Shown here piece after piece: positions 37,801-53,020 of a stretch of 64,000 nt of DNA. Each line of letters starts with the position of its first letter. Within the stretch, counting starts at the first letter, position 1. A model generated the notes under the pieces. It did no database searches and was not told the origin of the DNA. It worked only from the letters and a program-made list of their open reading frames with translations. Made by a program: the position numbers and the translations under genes. The stretch comes from Dimorphilus gyrociliatus (lineage: Eukaryota > Animalia > Annelida): positions 372,001 through 436,000 of the forward strand of contig CAJFCJ010000012.1 of NCBI GenBank assembly GCA_904063045.1, read 5' to 3'.

Positions 37801-40800
37801 ACTGACACTACTCTGTTGATACCTGCCCAAGGGTGTTTTGGCTATTCACGTCATTTTTCATAAAAAGAATAATTAATAAGATTTCACTAAGCTGAAGTTA
37901 GTATAAAATTTTGTTGCAAGTTCCTTTTTTTATTTTGTACATCGCGGATAAGAAGCTGGCCTAATCTCTAACTTAAAAGCGACTCGAGCATTGATTAGAG
38001 CAAAGAGCCATAGACGGTAAGATCAAAGGGAGCAGCAATTGGCTCGTTGACAAAGTCAGTTATTCATTTTTGTGCCTGTTTGCAAACTATCTTCAAACGA
38101 ATAGAAACAACATTGTCAATTTACCAAAAAAAGAAAACTATACTAAAAAACTCCCTTTGGATAGTTTCAATTGTTTAATAAATTAAATGTTTTTTACTGA
38201 TTGAAAAACAAACTAGGTAAGACTAGGACACCAGTCAAATTTTCACAAATGAGTCGGATTTCCTACTTATTCAAAATATTTCGACTTAAAAGAAGTAAGT
38301 TCCCTTTAGCAGAAACATTACAAAAAGAAAACAGAAAGTTTCCCTTTTCTAAACAACAACAGATTGCTAATATTCTAACTGAATATTTAATTCTATTAAA
38401 AAAGATGCGAATATTCTTAAAAGAGTTTTCTAATTAGATGGAGTGTCCTAATGCTATTATGCGATAAAGACACATTACTTTTATTCAATACTTTACAATG
38501 AATCTTAAGAAAAGATTCAATCTAATAGAACTATGCGTTTATATTGATATTAAATAAATTAATGTAATTGAAAACACTAAGTTCTTTCTAAGTTGTATTT
38601 AATAGAATAAATAAGCTTTTGATTTATATAAATTTATTCCATATTTCTAAATATTTGTAGGTCAAATAAGAAGTCTATTAATGTAATCATTTGATCAAGT
38701 AGTTGAAATTATAGAAAGGAAGCAGATTTAGAACTCTTAAGAGCTACTGAAAACATCTTGAGAGTAGAAAGAGAAACTCTAGAAAAATAGAGGTATCGAA
38801 CGTATTTGAGAATTTGCTATAAAGGTCAGACAAGCAATCGGAAATGTCCAATTATGGAAATAAAATGGAAAACCGAGAGGAAAGTCATTTTTTGTTTATA
38901 GCCTTATCTGGTGGGCGTGCTCTAGAGATGGACAAAGAATAATTAATGAAAGCCCCTTGTACTAGAGGGTATAATAAGAATTTTGAACTATATTGTAAAT
39001 ATAAATCTATTTAACGTATCTACAAAACCAATACAAAACCGACTACATTCTTCTTATTTATTTATGAAAACTCTATATAACATGGGCGTCACGCTGCCAT
39101 CACTCTTATAATAACTAGCTTGTTCCGGAGTGAAAACAGCGATAATCCATAGCCTCTATCACGCTGATTTCATAAACGAGAATGAAATGTGACAATATGA
39201 TTAGTTCGAACAGCCGTTGGAATGAGCTGGCAGTATTTTTATCAGAGATGAATTCTATACTTGATATGTTTGTTTACAAAATATGTCGGTCAAAAGAGAT
39301 TTAAATGAAACTTTAAGCCCATAAACTTTAAATGAAAACCTATCTTAATCCCCATTACACGGCGCTATCAAGGAGCAACAACTACTATGGCAAACATCAC
39401 TAATGAAGTGATATAGTTGAATGACAAGAGGTTATGAGGGGTTATTTCTAATCAAATGAATTTTCTTTCAAAGTTACTCTTAGATACATCAAGGAGATTT
39501 CAGATCTTGTATGATACTTTTATTAATTTCTGAATGGGAACAAATTTTCTTTTTTTTACTGGAATTCCTTTCTCTTTTACGATTTTCCTCCTTAGTTTTA
39601 CCTGGGTGAAGTGATTTGTATTTTTCTATTCAGTTTCAAATCACGAAAGGATTCGATCACTTAAATCAATGAACCAACAACATTTGACACATTAATTAAG
39701 AAAACTCGAGTGAAACGTGACATGTTTAACATGAAAATTTAACAACATAATAGAAATTATTCGTTTCATACAAGTTCAAGTAAAGAAAGTCAATTTTTCT
39801 CATTTTTGTCCATTTTTCATGTTTATTGGTTTTTGATAGATTTTTATTGGAAATTATTACAAATAGAAAAAAAATCATACTTAATGACAAGCTAATTAAT
39901 ACAAGGAAAAATTTCTTTGGTGCGTGTTTAATTAGTCTGTTAATTTAAAATAAAATTCAACTTTCTACCGGATTAGTTTTCTTTTTATAGATATACTTTA
40001 TAACTAAACAGCTAGTTTAAACTAGAAAACAGCTTATTTCGCTTTTTAATTCAGTCTTCTAGATAAGAATAAAAATTATTCCTTTTTGAATAAAAAATTG
40101 ACAATTCTTCAAGTATAACACAAATCCAAGATGAGAAACTAAGCCTCCAGCTAAATCTGAGTATAAAAGAAAAGCAATGTACGTTTAAATTTGTACTAGA
40201 TTCTTTTTCGGTACAAGATCAAACAATGACAATTAAGTTTGAATATTCTTAAAATATTATTTATCTCTCACAAAGAAATCAACTGTTTACTTTACTGAAC
40301 CAATGCTCGCTTAAATTGCGGGCATCATGTTTTATAAATCTACAAATATTGTGGGCTATTTATTAAAATATAATTAAAAAGACCAATAATTTCCTGCGGC
40401 TGTCCTTTATTGGAATTTTTCCGTTCTCTTTTTTTTGCACTAAATAATACTTTACCTTGCTTAAAATCTTGCAAGGTCAAATTGCTTTACATTACTGTAC
40501 ATCATACAAAACATGATATAAGTCGAAAAGTAAAAAAATCCATTTACTATATTTATATACAGTTTATGATATATACAATACACAGTCTTAGAATCTAGTG
40601 TATATACTGTATTACTTCAAGTTGCTTTCTATCAAAGGTATTTACTGCTATAAATTTATCGGTAGAATACGATTCAAAGTATTCTATGATGAAACAATAA
40701 AGAAATTAACAGCTTGTTGAAATTATTTTCTAAATTCGTTTAAAAGTTTTTCGGTATGCCTAAACAGCTGTAGAGTATCTAAAATGGCTCATTTTTTTGC

Positions 40801-43800
40801 AATTACGTAATAAACTGACAATGTAGTGCATCATTCGTCAAACTAAGGTAATGGAGTATCTTCAGGAATCTTACCATCCAGGGTAGTGCCCTTACTAACA
40901 ATTACCGAAACTAATAAATCGCACTCTAAAACCGCTCTATCAATTTCTAAACGAGATTAGAGATGCACTAAAGTATTATTTTTCAATATTAATAAAAAAA
41001 CTCCATAAAAAATATAGCAACGTAAAATTAATTCCAACACAAAATGACAAAAAAATGCAAAGACTCTATCAAAGTAATACTCGAACCTTTTGAGTGCGTG
41101 ACCTATACGTGTCATAAGCGTAAGTTAATAAGAAAGCAAATCGATTTTTGCACACTATGGAATATACGCTAGGATATTTTAAAATTATAACTACCCTAAA
41201 GAAATGCTTTTCAAACGAGAATGATTTAAGTAAGTAAATCTAGTTAAGAGCCACTGTGGACACTTTGATGCAGCTTCGCCGTCAAGATTATATCCATTTA
41301 CGGGCTTTGAGAGTCGTTGATTGGTCTTTGCTGACGTCATTTTTGCAATAAGAAAGCAAAGAAGGTGGTGGAATTAAAGTGCTTAAATATTTTATACTCC
41401 AAACAAACGAATTGCGTGTTTTTAATTTAAAGAGGAAGTTTAAACGTCAAACTTTGGTTATAACCCTTTTCTCAAACTGTTATAATGAATTATACAAATT
41501 AGATGCTATTCTTCTCTTTTGGTTGCTAATTCTTGCGGTCTAGTTGTTTGTTTTATTGCACAATGATTAATGGGACATTTCTTCTTGCTCGTTAGTGCAA
41601 TAACTTTGAGTTTTTCTTCAATAGCGATTGGCTTTAAATTGCTAGTAGAATTTATTTACTGGTTTTTCTCCTCAAAGACTATTTCTATAAATAAAAAAAG
41701 GTAATATTCTTTAGGAGAGAAAACAGATTACGATATATGCTTTAATCGTAATTATCGGTGTAACTGTGAACGAAAACCAAGGATAGATAGATACGATTAA
41801 ATATTATCTACACTCTTAGTTTCAAGGATGATATTAATAAATCTTAATATAGGTCTTCTGATCAATATTTCTTAAAAGGGCTCACATACTACATTCCTCT
41901 TATTAAAGTGAAGAACCTGGCTAAATGCCTCGTAAAACTTTATTTGCAACTCTCTTACTAAGACGTTAATAACGCTTGCTAAAAGAGAAAAAGTGCGACG
42001 TTTGTCAAATAAAACATACGAAATATTTTAATTGTATGAATTACGTTTCTATTAAGAGCCATTTCATTTATTAATATATCGCTAATAGTTCACTAAACCT
42101 TAATATCCCATTCAGAATCTTCACTTAAGAAGGATAAGACGAAATTCCAAGAACTTATTAACAATTCATAAAATATCGTTATGTCAGTTTTAATAGAGGC
42201 ACTAAGAAGCAATTAAAATTTTGCCTGTTATTTAATTCTTTAGAATAAAAACTTAATGAAAGTTTTCATCACATCTCTAAAATGTTATCAAGTTGTTGAA
42301 AAGGAGTGAAAAAGTACTTGCTATCTTCAATAAGAGTAAGGTCAATCGAATAGGACTATGCTGAAATAGACACCCTCGTCGTTCTAAACGTACATCACTC
42401 AGTCATTGAGAGACAAAGCGGCGTCACGTAACTATATTTAAGGAAGCAATTTGTAATCGTTTCCAGTGATTTATATCTATGCTATAGCTTGAAGAAACGC
42501 TAACAAAACTTGTCGAAATTTCCTAAAAAAGATGAGGATTTTTAAGGAGCTTCTTAAATAATGTAGATTTTATCATAAAATGTAAAGCGAGTTTGTCAGC
42601 TTGCGTAGGGATACGGTGCATGACTGATTGGATCAATTCACCCTACGTGACATCTAGATTTAGTAACAATCAAAGTAATACATATCGAACGGATCCGAGA
42701 AAGTCTGATTCAAATATAGGCTGGCTTCTTTGAAGACTGTTTAGCCTTGGATTCCGGAAATTATTGGCTTTATTTTATAGACGTTTTCTCTTCTAGAGTA
42801 GATAATTGAGTGTTGTAAGATATACGTTGGAAGGTCCACAAGATGAACTTTTATAACCTTAGGATTTCTTGGATATAATCTTATCTGCACATCGTTTAAT
42901 AAACCGTATAATTTTATGTCACGCAAAGGCTTCTCTCCATTTCTCTTCTTTTACATTTCAATATAAAATGGCTATATCTCTTCCAGTAATGAATAATATC
43001 GTCGTCTTATGTGAAAATGTTACCTTCAATGTTCTTATTTTTATGAAGAAGAGGCATCTATCATCGAGAAAAATTTCTACTTATTTTACTCCATCTTCCT
43101 TCAAAGGCGGAAAGGTATCTTCATTAATTGTTAATTCGATCTTTCTGGGAATAAATGTGGTTGCCTAGATAGAAGTATTTTCCCTTTCACCATACCTTCT
43201 TGACTTTTTTATTGAAATAGGAATTTTGTTACAGCAATTAAAAACATGAAAAATGTCTTCCCTTGCTGGTTTTTGCACGAAAAAACCAATGAAATATATT
43301 TGAAATTATTAAATGTTATTCTTGCTTAAATATCGAATACTCCTTAATTAATATGAGATTAAGAAGACTTTCTATCTACTAAAATAGGCCAAATCAATGT
43401 TAGAGTACTTGGTATATTTTGCAGAGTCAAGTAGAACTTTGTAAAAATATGGAATATTTTACCTTTTGAAGAACAAAATCAGATTGATCGGATGTTCTTG
43501 TAAGAATGCAGTAATTAGATTTAATCCATAAACCTCTGAATATCTCTCAGAACACTTTTACCTCAAAACGAAAGAGGGGAAATTCCGTTTGAATACTTAA
43601 TTAGCTTAAAATATGATGAGAAATCTCAAAGGCAATTTTTGCATATATTTATAGGGTAAGGGAAAAGGTCATTAGGCTAAGAATATCTGTCAAAAACAGG
43701 AGAATCTTAAATTCAACAACTATTCAGCATTGAATCAATATTTTTAATTTATTGTAGGCATGTATCAATATTAAGGACATTATTTTTCCTAATCTTATCT

Positions 43801-45010
43801 CTTCCTAGATTATTGAAAATTCTATACAGATTGTTACCTAGAAGATATAATTAGAATACTTTGTTAAGCATTCCGCAAATATTTTTAGAAATTTGAGAAT
43901 TCAATGAAATGCAAATCACTGTTAGTGTTAATGTAGAACTTGAAGTAATTGGCCACTATTCAAACGATCTTCCATAGATAAAAACTTCATTAAACAAGTC
44001 GGAAAAATTAAACCAAACAGAAGCGGAAATGTCAAAGTTGTTAAATAAAGTCGTAATATTCTTTAGAAGCTTTGAAAAGGACATAAATTTTTATTGAATA
44101 GGATAAACTCAGTTTTAAACCTCTAGACAGGCGATATAGGAATAAACCGAAAATTGAAATATTCAAGGTCATTGGAAGGTTAATTCTGAAAATTTCATCT
44201 GACATTTACAGATAAAAGTAAAAAATTTTGTAAGCAAAAGAATTAATGTAGCATAACATGATTCTCGTAACAAGCATAGCACTGAATCTGATATTTTAGC
44301 AAAAAGTAACCTTTTTTAGCAAAGTGAGTGTTCTAGTACATTATGAGAAGAATTCTTCAAATTTAGGTGTAAACTGATAGCAAGGACTGTCATGGAGTAC
44401 AATTTGAGTAAAAAAATAAGGGCTTGATTCTTTTAGCCAAGGATTTTTTTATTTTTATACCGATAGAGACTGGTTTGAACGAATTACCATGAATAAATTA
44501 GAACTATCAGAATAAGATAGTGAGCTTTAAAGAATGAAAAAAAAATTGGAATTCTTCTTTAGACTGGATTATTTTCTTCTCTATTAGATTCTGTATGATA
44601 AAGACCTTTTTCATATTAATTGTTTGACTTTGGGATTTTTCGAGGCACAAGTATATTGTTTCAGGCTATATTGGATTACATTTAACCTGAATGAAGTACA
44701 ATAAGGCCCTATTTCGATTTTTATCATTTTCTACCCTGTCTTTTGTAGTCCCCAATATTGTAAGCTAACCACAAAGTCTTATACACGAAATACACTTAGA
44801 CATAATATAAGATACTGCAAAAGTAAATTTATTTTAGCCTATTATACTGAGTATATTATAAAACTTAAAACTAACTACAATTTGCGTGTTATTATCATAT
44901 CAGTTTACAAATACAATTTGAAAAAAGGCTAGTTAAATTACGCTCATCCTACCTCTCATGCAGCTTCTTTAGGTAAATCTAACTGCTTAATATACTGTAT
45001 ATGCACTTTA

Positions 45011-45019
45011 TATATATAC

Positions 45020-45050
<31 letters not shown>

Positions 45051-45062
45051 CTGCATATATAT
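45011..45062. repeat. (TA)n microsatellite
   Basis: Directly visible. Confidence 0.85.
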
Positions 45063-47440
45063 AAATGAGCCATCTCTTTTATATATAACCTATCAAAAAG
45101 ATTAAACTGATTATTAATAATGATAAACTCTGTAAATCTAGACACATGTACTAAAGAGAGAATTTTACCTCGATACCTAATCTAAACCAACAATATTTTT
45201 GCTTTAGACGCTACTGGTAACGTGGAACTTAATTAGCTTCGATCGATCGACTATTGACTGATGAAGAGCGTTTGTGCATCTTCGATTGACTTGCCTATTC
45301 TTTGCTCCCTACACTACCTGGTCTAATACTTAACCATATATATGATGCACATAGAATAACTATATTACTATATTCATAACACAAAGCAGTCACATCGTAG
45401 TAGCCTATAATAAGAATATTCGATTGCATACGCATGACAAGATCATATCAAATGCTGTCGTTCGAGAATTAGGACGTTTCCTTTTCCTTTTTTAACTAAA
45501 TCAGTTTATCTATCCATAGTCTATTAGAAGTAACACGACTTTTGTCTGTCTATATGATTGAAAATCGCACATCAGTAAGGAATATATCATTACCTCGCAT
45601 ATTCTCGACAGAGTAAAAAATAAGAGTTAAAAAAGAGGGTGAAGTTTAAACAAAAGTAAGAAAAGGAATAGCATAGAACACAGACATATTATATAAACTG
45701 TGCATGCGGTCTATATGAACGTGTGCGTGCATGTGTATGTATGTATGGATGTGTGTGTTTGAGTGCGTGTATTTATATGTAGTGTATGTGTGTGGGAAGA
45801 AACAGAGAAGGAAAACGAAAAAAAGGAGAGGCTATAAAGATATACCAATGATTTTTATAAATATTTTTATGCAAAGATAAACTATCTTGATACTAAGATA
45901 ACGAACAGCGTATACTTTAAGGATGTTTACTGGTATTTAAATGAAGTATTGTATGTATTAAATTGATCATCTCGGTCTCAACCTTTTTGGTTTTTTAATG
46001 TTTGCTTGTCTCTTCATTTGTGTTTGTGATATTCGTCTGAGATTTTTATGTGAGAGCATTTTTATCTGAAGTCTTACTTGGCAAATACTTTTTTAGTGAA
46101 CTCGATGCGCATGCGTAATAGCTACCCCCTGCACTGTTAACTACTCCTACCTAAAATACCGGATAGAAACGGGAGGCACTTTATGTCTCAAAACTACAAT
46201 TCACTTTTTAATAACTAGTTTTTAACGGAGATTTCCATACTGTGAAATGAGTAAATGATAGTTGAAAAATGTGATTTTTTCTGTTGTGTATCTCTCATAA
46301 AATTCTAGATGCGAAGTAAAACACGATAAACAGTAAGAGAGATGCTATATGTGAACGAACCGCAATACAACGTGTGCGTAAAGCATGCAGACTTATAATA
46401 AAAAATTATTATTCTTTGCGCTTTGAAGTGTCTATGCTCAATTTAAATTGTTTCTCATCCGAGATGAAAATCAAATATAGACGAATACTTTAAATGGATA
46501 CCCATGAATCTGCATCCTTGAAGCATATATAGCAAAAAGATTGAAACTTTTCTCCTATCTATTAATTACACCTACATGTATACAGTTCGAAGGTATCAGA
46601 TAGATAACAAATTAAAAAAGTAACATACAAACTTTAAACACTTTTTAGTTTGAAGAATATTAGAGATATTCCTATTTCATTCCTTCTAATTACCTTTGTA
46701 AATAGTTTGTCTCCGCTATTTCCTCCTTTTAATAATATAAACTGTGATATGCTAAACTGAGATTTTCGCTTTACGTTTTACTCCACGTATAAAATATCGT
46801 ATTTAATCTTTTATGGCCTCTAACCCTCCACCATTTTCTGTAATATAAACATGGAATAATTTAGCTGACACGATATTTTTTAGTTTATAAGAAATAATTA
46901 TATCCTAAACTTATCTTTTTTTCACAAATAAATATAGGCTTGTAATAATATTGCAATTAAATATACTTTTATCAATATAGAGACAAATGTATATAGATCT
47001 AAAAATATCTCATATTTTCGCTTATTTTTCTATTGATGTCTTTTTTAGCCGAAAATAGCGCATATTCTCCCTAATTTATCGTTTAATTCAAGTAAATTCG
47101 TTCAGTTATCCTTAGATCAATAAATATATCCGAAAGTTAAGCCGAACTTATTTCCTATATTATATTGAAGGCTTAGAAGCTACTTTGAACCTCTAACTAG
47201 GAAATTTTTATATTTACTAAATATTCATACTCTTGATATTTGTTAATTAGGAATATGTTATATAGAGTAAAATATGCTGATAGACTAGAAAAACCTTTGT
47301 TTCTCCTGAGATTTGGGAATTACAAAACTTATCACCTAAATCCCTTTACTCTTAGATAAATATAAAGGAAAACTTAAATATTTATACATAGTGTCTCTAT
47401 ATATGGCTAATTTACACCCTCAAAAACAAACAAGGCCAAA

Positions 47441-47790
47441 CGCTCACCCAGATTGCCCCCCTCTTATTTTCCATTCACCCAATTTACGCCGCTACAATTT
47501 GTTGCTATTTGCGTCCGTCTCAACCGCAATCTACTGCAAAACCGTTGCGTCTTTCTAGTCACGCTGCAAATCTGTTTCGGCGCTCATCACGACTTTAGGG
47601 ATTTTTGTGGCCGTCCGTTTGCTCGTCGGTCGCCATTTCTACCCATTCTAGGCCTATAATCTCATAAAGTTTCGCGTCCGAATCTCATTGATCGCTCGTT
47701 GCGACTGCGTTTGTCAGTTTTTTTTGCTCACGTGATAACACAAACCACCGATTACCGCCTAGTCATTTCCGCTATCTCACGAACCTGATA
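47441..47790 (-). promoter_or_regulatory. CpG-rich patch; candidate non-coding first exon or promoter
   Basis: GC and CpG density is clearly above the flanks. Minus-strand donor TGG|GTGAGC at 47447. Contains AAATGGCG and TCACGTGA motifs and only short ORFs. Confidence 0.4.
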
Positions 47791-48472
47791 TGTGGGTTTT
47801 TTACCTTTTACAAAGGTTAAAGATATATGCCTTTCTATAATCTTTATGAAAATTTCACCAACCTATAACTTAGTTGCCGGGATATTGAAAATTACAAACC
47901 GGATTATATTACAAGTTATCGCATGATCAAAGTGGACTCTTATTTAAATCCTCCTTTGTAAAATACGAATTAATTATCACCAAACCAATGAAAATTTCTA
48001 ACAATTGCCTCCGAGTATTAGAGTACAGTTGTAGTGAGGGATTTAGTTGACATAATTAAACTCTATAATATTCAAACAGTATTAAAGCAGTATTATAGCA
48101 TTCATGAATTTTCTACTTCAATCAGACCAGATGCTATATGATATTGTACATGATCTTATGAATTTCTAAAAGGAAAATGTCTGCCATTCTATTAAAAACA
48201 ATCGTAAATTGGCTCTCTAACAAAGATTTTATAAATTTTTTGTAAATAACATCAATAAATATATTATTTATTATTATAGAAATATCATTCTGTAAGATCA
48301 AAAATATCTTTTCGATACAATTAATGTATAAGGAGATAAATTTCTCAATTTTTTGCTTTATATTACTTTTTTACATTGACAAGAAAAGAATTTTTTTAAA
48401 GAAAGAATCTCATCAATCTGTAACAGAAAATGAAAGGAATACTGACAAAAGAGACAAAGAATCAGACACACA

Positions 48473-48670
48473 GAAAGAAACACAGAGACAGGGAGAGAGA
48501 AAGAGGGGGAAAGGAAAGGAAGGTAAAGAGAAAGAGAGTGAGAGAGAGGGAGGGAGAGAAAGGGGGTAGGGGGTGAGAGTATGAGGGAAGAAGGGAGGCA
48601 GAGAGGGAGGGAGTAAGTGACTGAGAGAAGAGAAGAAGAGGGTAAGAGAGAGTGTGAGAGGTAGAGGGGA
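48473..48670. repeat. Polypurine (GA/GGA-rich) low-complexity tract
   Basis: Directly visible. Confidence 0.85.
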
Positions 48671-50468
48671 ATGTAAATAGCTTTTTTATGTTTTAAATAA
48701 TAATAAATATTGTGACGTTGTAGATGCTCTCTTAGGAACATGAATTTCATTTTTATCTCAAAAATATAAATTATCATCAACCTCAAGAATTCTCATCCTC
48801 CTTAAAAGTTAGCTGCTGCCCTCACTATGAATATTTTCAGTCGGCTTGTAATACACTCTACACCTTTATTTATCATTAAAACTGCTTACAATTCTTCATT
48901 ACAAATTCCTTAGGTGCATTAAGGTGTTCGTAAATATTAAAGCAATTAATTCGTTACCAAGGTGATAGTTATCTTATTTTCTCTCTTCAATTTGTTTTTT
49001 TAAGAAATAGGATATTCCATAAAAATATTAAGTATTTAATAAATCTAATAAGTTTTCATTAAGCTGCTGGTTATTATGTTATTAAGATATTGTAATTACT
49101 ATTTACTTTTGACGGAAAGAAAACGGAAAAGAATTACAGCTCGAAATTAACCATAAGCCAAGCACTTCCTGGAAATGAACCGAATTTTTACTCAGTTGCA
49201 TTAAGCTAGTGAGCTGTTGCATACAAGGGGCATTTATTTACATCAACAACTTAGCTGCTTTCAAAATCTGGCACTGATTTTCAAGTGAAGAGAGAAAAAT
49301 GGAATTAATGAATAACAACAGACTGTATATCCTGCAAAACCTGCAAACAGTTAAGCTCCTATATATATGAAGTGAACAAACAACGGCGTTAGGCATATTA
49401 GAAAGATTATGCAAACAATAAAACGGCGAGAGCTTTTACCAATACTCATACAAAATTCATTTTCTACCACTATTGTTTCCGACCTTATCGATCGACTCTT
49501 ATAGTTTTCCTTCTTGAAAAAAAAAATAAAAAAATTGTCCAAAATAAACTAATAAATTTGCTTATCCAAAAAATATACACAGAGCCTTAGGGCAAATGTA
49601 TTTTTGTTCGCTTACGGACTACTTATGGCTTTAGTCACGTCAATATTTACTGAAGATTTTTTTCTGAAAGAGGAAACAGAAACACTTCATTTCCCAAGAC
49701 AAACATACATAAAGTTACATTATAGCAACACTTGACAACTGAAGACAGTACTCTGCCTCTGAAGGCCACCTGAACTAGTAATTTACTTAATTAGATCTTT
49801 GACTAGTGGTTGAACGACTTGTTATCAATCAATAGTATTTGACAAAACAGTTTCAGTAATTATTTCGCACGTTCGGTCTAAATAATTGAATAAGTTTAGT
49901 TCTTTACTGAAAATTTTATGAAAAAGGCAATTGGTTGAATTTGTAACAACATTTTCAACTATATCCATCAAAATTTCCTTTTTTTGCTTTAGTACACTTG
50001 AATGGATTCCTAAAGCTTGTACGCATGTTACCGTAAACAAGTTGAAAGCTAAGTGAAAAAATTAGCATACTATCACATATATTGAACAATACTAAAAAAA
50101 ACCAACAAAAATATTTATTAATAATAAATAATTAACTATAAATATAAGAAAACCTCATAGATGAATCAAAATTGATTTTTCATCTTGCTCTTTTAAGATA
50201 TTGAATCTTTAATCATAAGCTTTTATTCATTATTATCCATTTTCGATTTTTTGCAACCTTTATGAAATATACTTCTTATGGTATGGACACGAATAGAAAA
50301 TGTTTATATTGTAAGAAAGACAACACGTATAGATTATATATAGTATGTATACTTTATTCATATAAAAACCTCTCATCTTTGATTTTATTTACGTTTTTTG
50401 CGGAGTAGAAAGGAGAGGCACTGAACAGTGCAGAGATGGGACAGATGAAAATACTACAAAGAAGAGAT

Positions 50469-50474
<6 letters not shown>

Positions 50475-50521
<47 letters not shown>
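50475..50521. repeat. (GA)n microsatellite
   Basis: Directly visible. Confidence 0.9.
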
Positions 50522-52809
50522 CATCGGGAGATTCCAGTATAATATTCTTATATACTTATCGATACTGCAATTTGACTGGTAAAAACGTATTGATTTTTTT
50601 AAAACTAACAATATAGAAAACAATATATTCTTTTTTACTTTTATTCAATAAATATTTTACGGTATTTTGCTTTAGAATAAAAATGATATTTTAAAAAAAA
50701 ATAGAAAGAAAATCTTTACTAGAAATTTAATTATTTTCTTTGATTTCCTTGCATTATTTTTTATTATTTATACAAAAAATTATTATTTAAAAATTTCATT
50801 AAATAAATTTATTCTCTTGTGTAAGAAGAAAAAAAGGCAATGAATAAGGAAACAATTCTCTGGAATTAAGCCTAATACTGTCTTCTTTATGCCAACTCTT
50901 TTTTATTAATACTTTTACTCATCATTAAACACTTTGCTGTACAAAATTGTTTGTTAGTAAAATATCAGACAATAATGAGAATATGAATTATTTTATGCAA
51001 TTCTGATGGCTGATTGATATTGAAAAGAACCAACTTGAATAATGTAATGTTGCAGTACATAGATCCATTACGGCAATGATGTATTGGAAGCTCATCCAAT
51101 TCTTAATTGTTATGCGGTAGTATAGAAGCTACTTATGGTTAGGATATAAATAGTGGAATATACCACTTAATTTTCTTATAAAGAGATATAGTAAGGATAA
51201 AAATTGCGGATAATTCTGAATGCTACGACCAAATAATGTAATTAAGCTAGCGTTTCATTACAAACACAACAAAAGCGCCTAATAATAGTTCATAGAACAA
51301 TATACTTATTGTACCATATGTCTAAGTTAAATGATTGATAGAACAATAGCCAACAAATGCCTAGAAAGTTGACATCATATTTCCGGGCTCATTCTTATAA
51401 ATCGCTTTTCGATTGGAAAAGCGTTTTCCGCTCTTTAATACGCAACCAGTTGCCTTTAGCTCCGGTATTTTGGGATGTCCCATTGAACTTTTTTTTATAA
51501 TATAACATCCCACAAAATACTAAAAGCCACTTTTAAAATATTTACAAAACAATTATTGGATTAGGCTAAAAAAAATTGACCTAGAGGCGGCTGATGGTGA
51601 TTAATGAATAAGCGGTAGTCGGTAAAATCAATTAACGAAGCAATTTTTTAAATGAACTGTAAAGGGATCAGCTAATATAATGTAGCGACATAACAAACGC
51701 ATTAAGGTAGTACAGATTGAGTACGTTCTATACTTTATGCAATGTACCAGATTTGCTCTTTCAGTACACGACGTTCAAATATTCTCTACAATAAAGATAT
51801 GCCATAAATACTCTAGCTCTTACGCGTACTGGTATATTGTCTACAAAAATTTGCATATAATCCCCAAATTATTAAAACTGCCATTTGACAAACAATTCAT
51901 ATTAACAATTTATAAATATACATATGGACATTGATCATGCATTTATTAATTATTTCGCTTCATTTTTCACAATGATAGTTTATCAATTTTTCAAAAGTTT
52001 ATACTTTTATATATATACATCTGAATTGCATACATATATATATATATTATAATATATATATATATATACATATAAATCATCTTCTAGTTATATATTATAT
52101 AAGATAAACACGCCGTATAAACTATAAAAGCTAAATATAGATGCGTATGGAACATATATATATTTATATATATGTATACCAGGATATATTTATATTTATG
52201 AATTTTATATCAGCTTATAATATACAAAATATATATAAATACATAATTAAGTGCGTATAATAGTTGTCAGATAATAGAAAAACTATTGATAAATCAATTG
52301 TAAAAACTATTACATAGTATCTATTTTAATAAGAAATGCGAAATGGGGAACCATGCGAATAGATTGAGGTAAGCTGAGGATGATAAACGGTTTAGTAAAA
52401 AAGGTAAAAAAAAACGTATACAATATAGGATAAAATAACATTTGACTAGACCAAAAAACTATTCCCTGAAATATTCAAAGGATATACAGTCTCTTCTTCA
52501 AATTCTACCACTTCGTTAATAGGGAACTAAAAATAGTTAAAAAAAAACTCGGGCTTCCGCATAACCAGTTATAGGCTATGATGAATGAGACGGCTGCCAA
52601 TGCATAATGAAAAACTTAAATATCTTAACATTTAAAGAGAGAATCTTTATAAAATATAAACCATTGTGTGGAAAACAATAAAAGTTATTAATTAAGCGAA
52701 TACAATCATGATGAATAATAGAAAAATTCTTGTTTAGAATGATTTTTTTTGATAAAATGGAAGGTTACGTATATAGTATTTATGTTGAAAGTGAAAGAGT
52801 GAGTGAGTG

Positions 52810-52817
52810 TATGAATG

Positions 52818-52848
<31 letters not shown>

Positions 52849-52986
52849 CTGTGTGTGTGTTGGTGAAAGAGAGAACGAGAGAAAGACAGAAAGCAATAGA
52901 GATAGAGAGATAGAAAAAGATAGAATGAGAGATTGAAAGAGATAGAAAGAGAGACAGAAAGAGAGAGAGAGAGAGAGGGTGAGAAA

Positions 52987-53020
<34 letters not shown>

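Noticed and set aside
38715-38880. LRICYKGQ as a LINE ORF1 zinc-knuckle lead-in
   Set aside because: No CCHC knuckle follows, the frame is interrupted, and there is no reverse transcriptase nearby.
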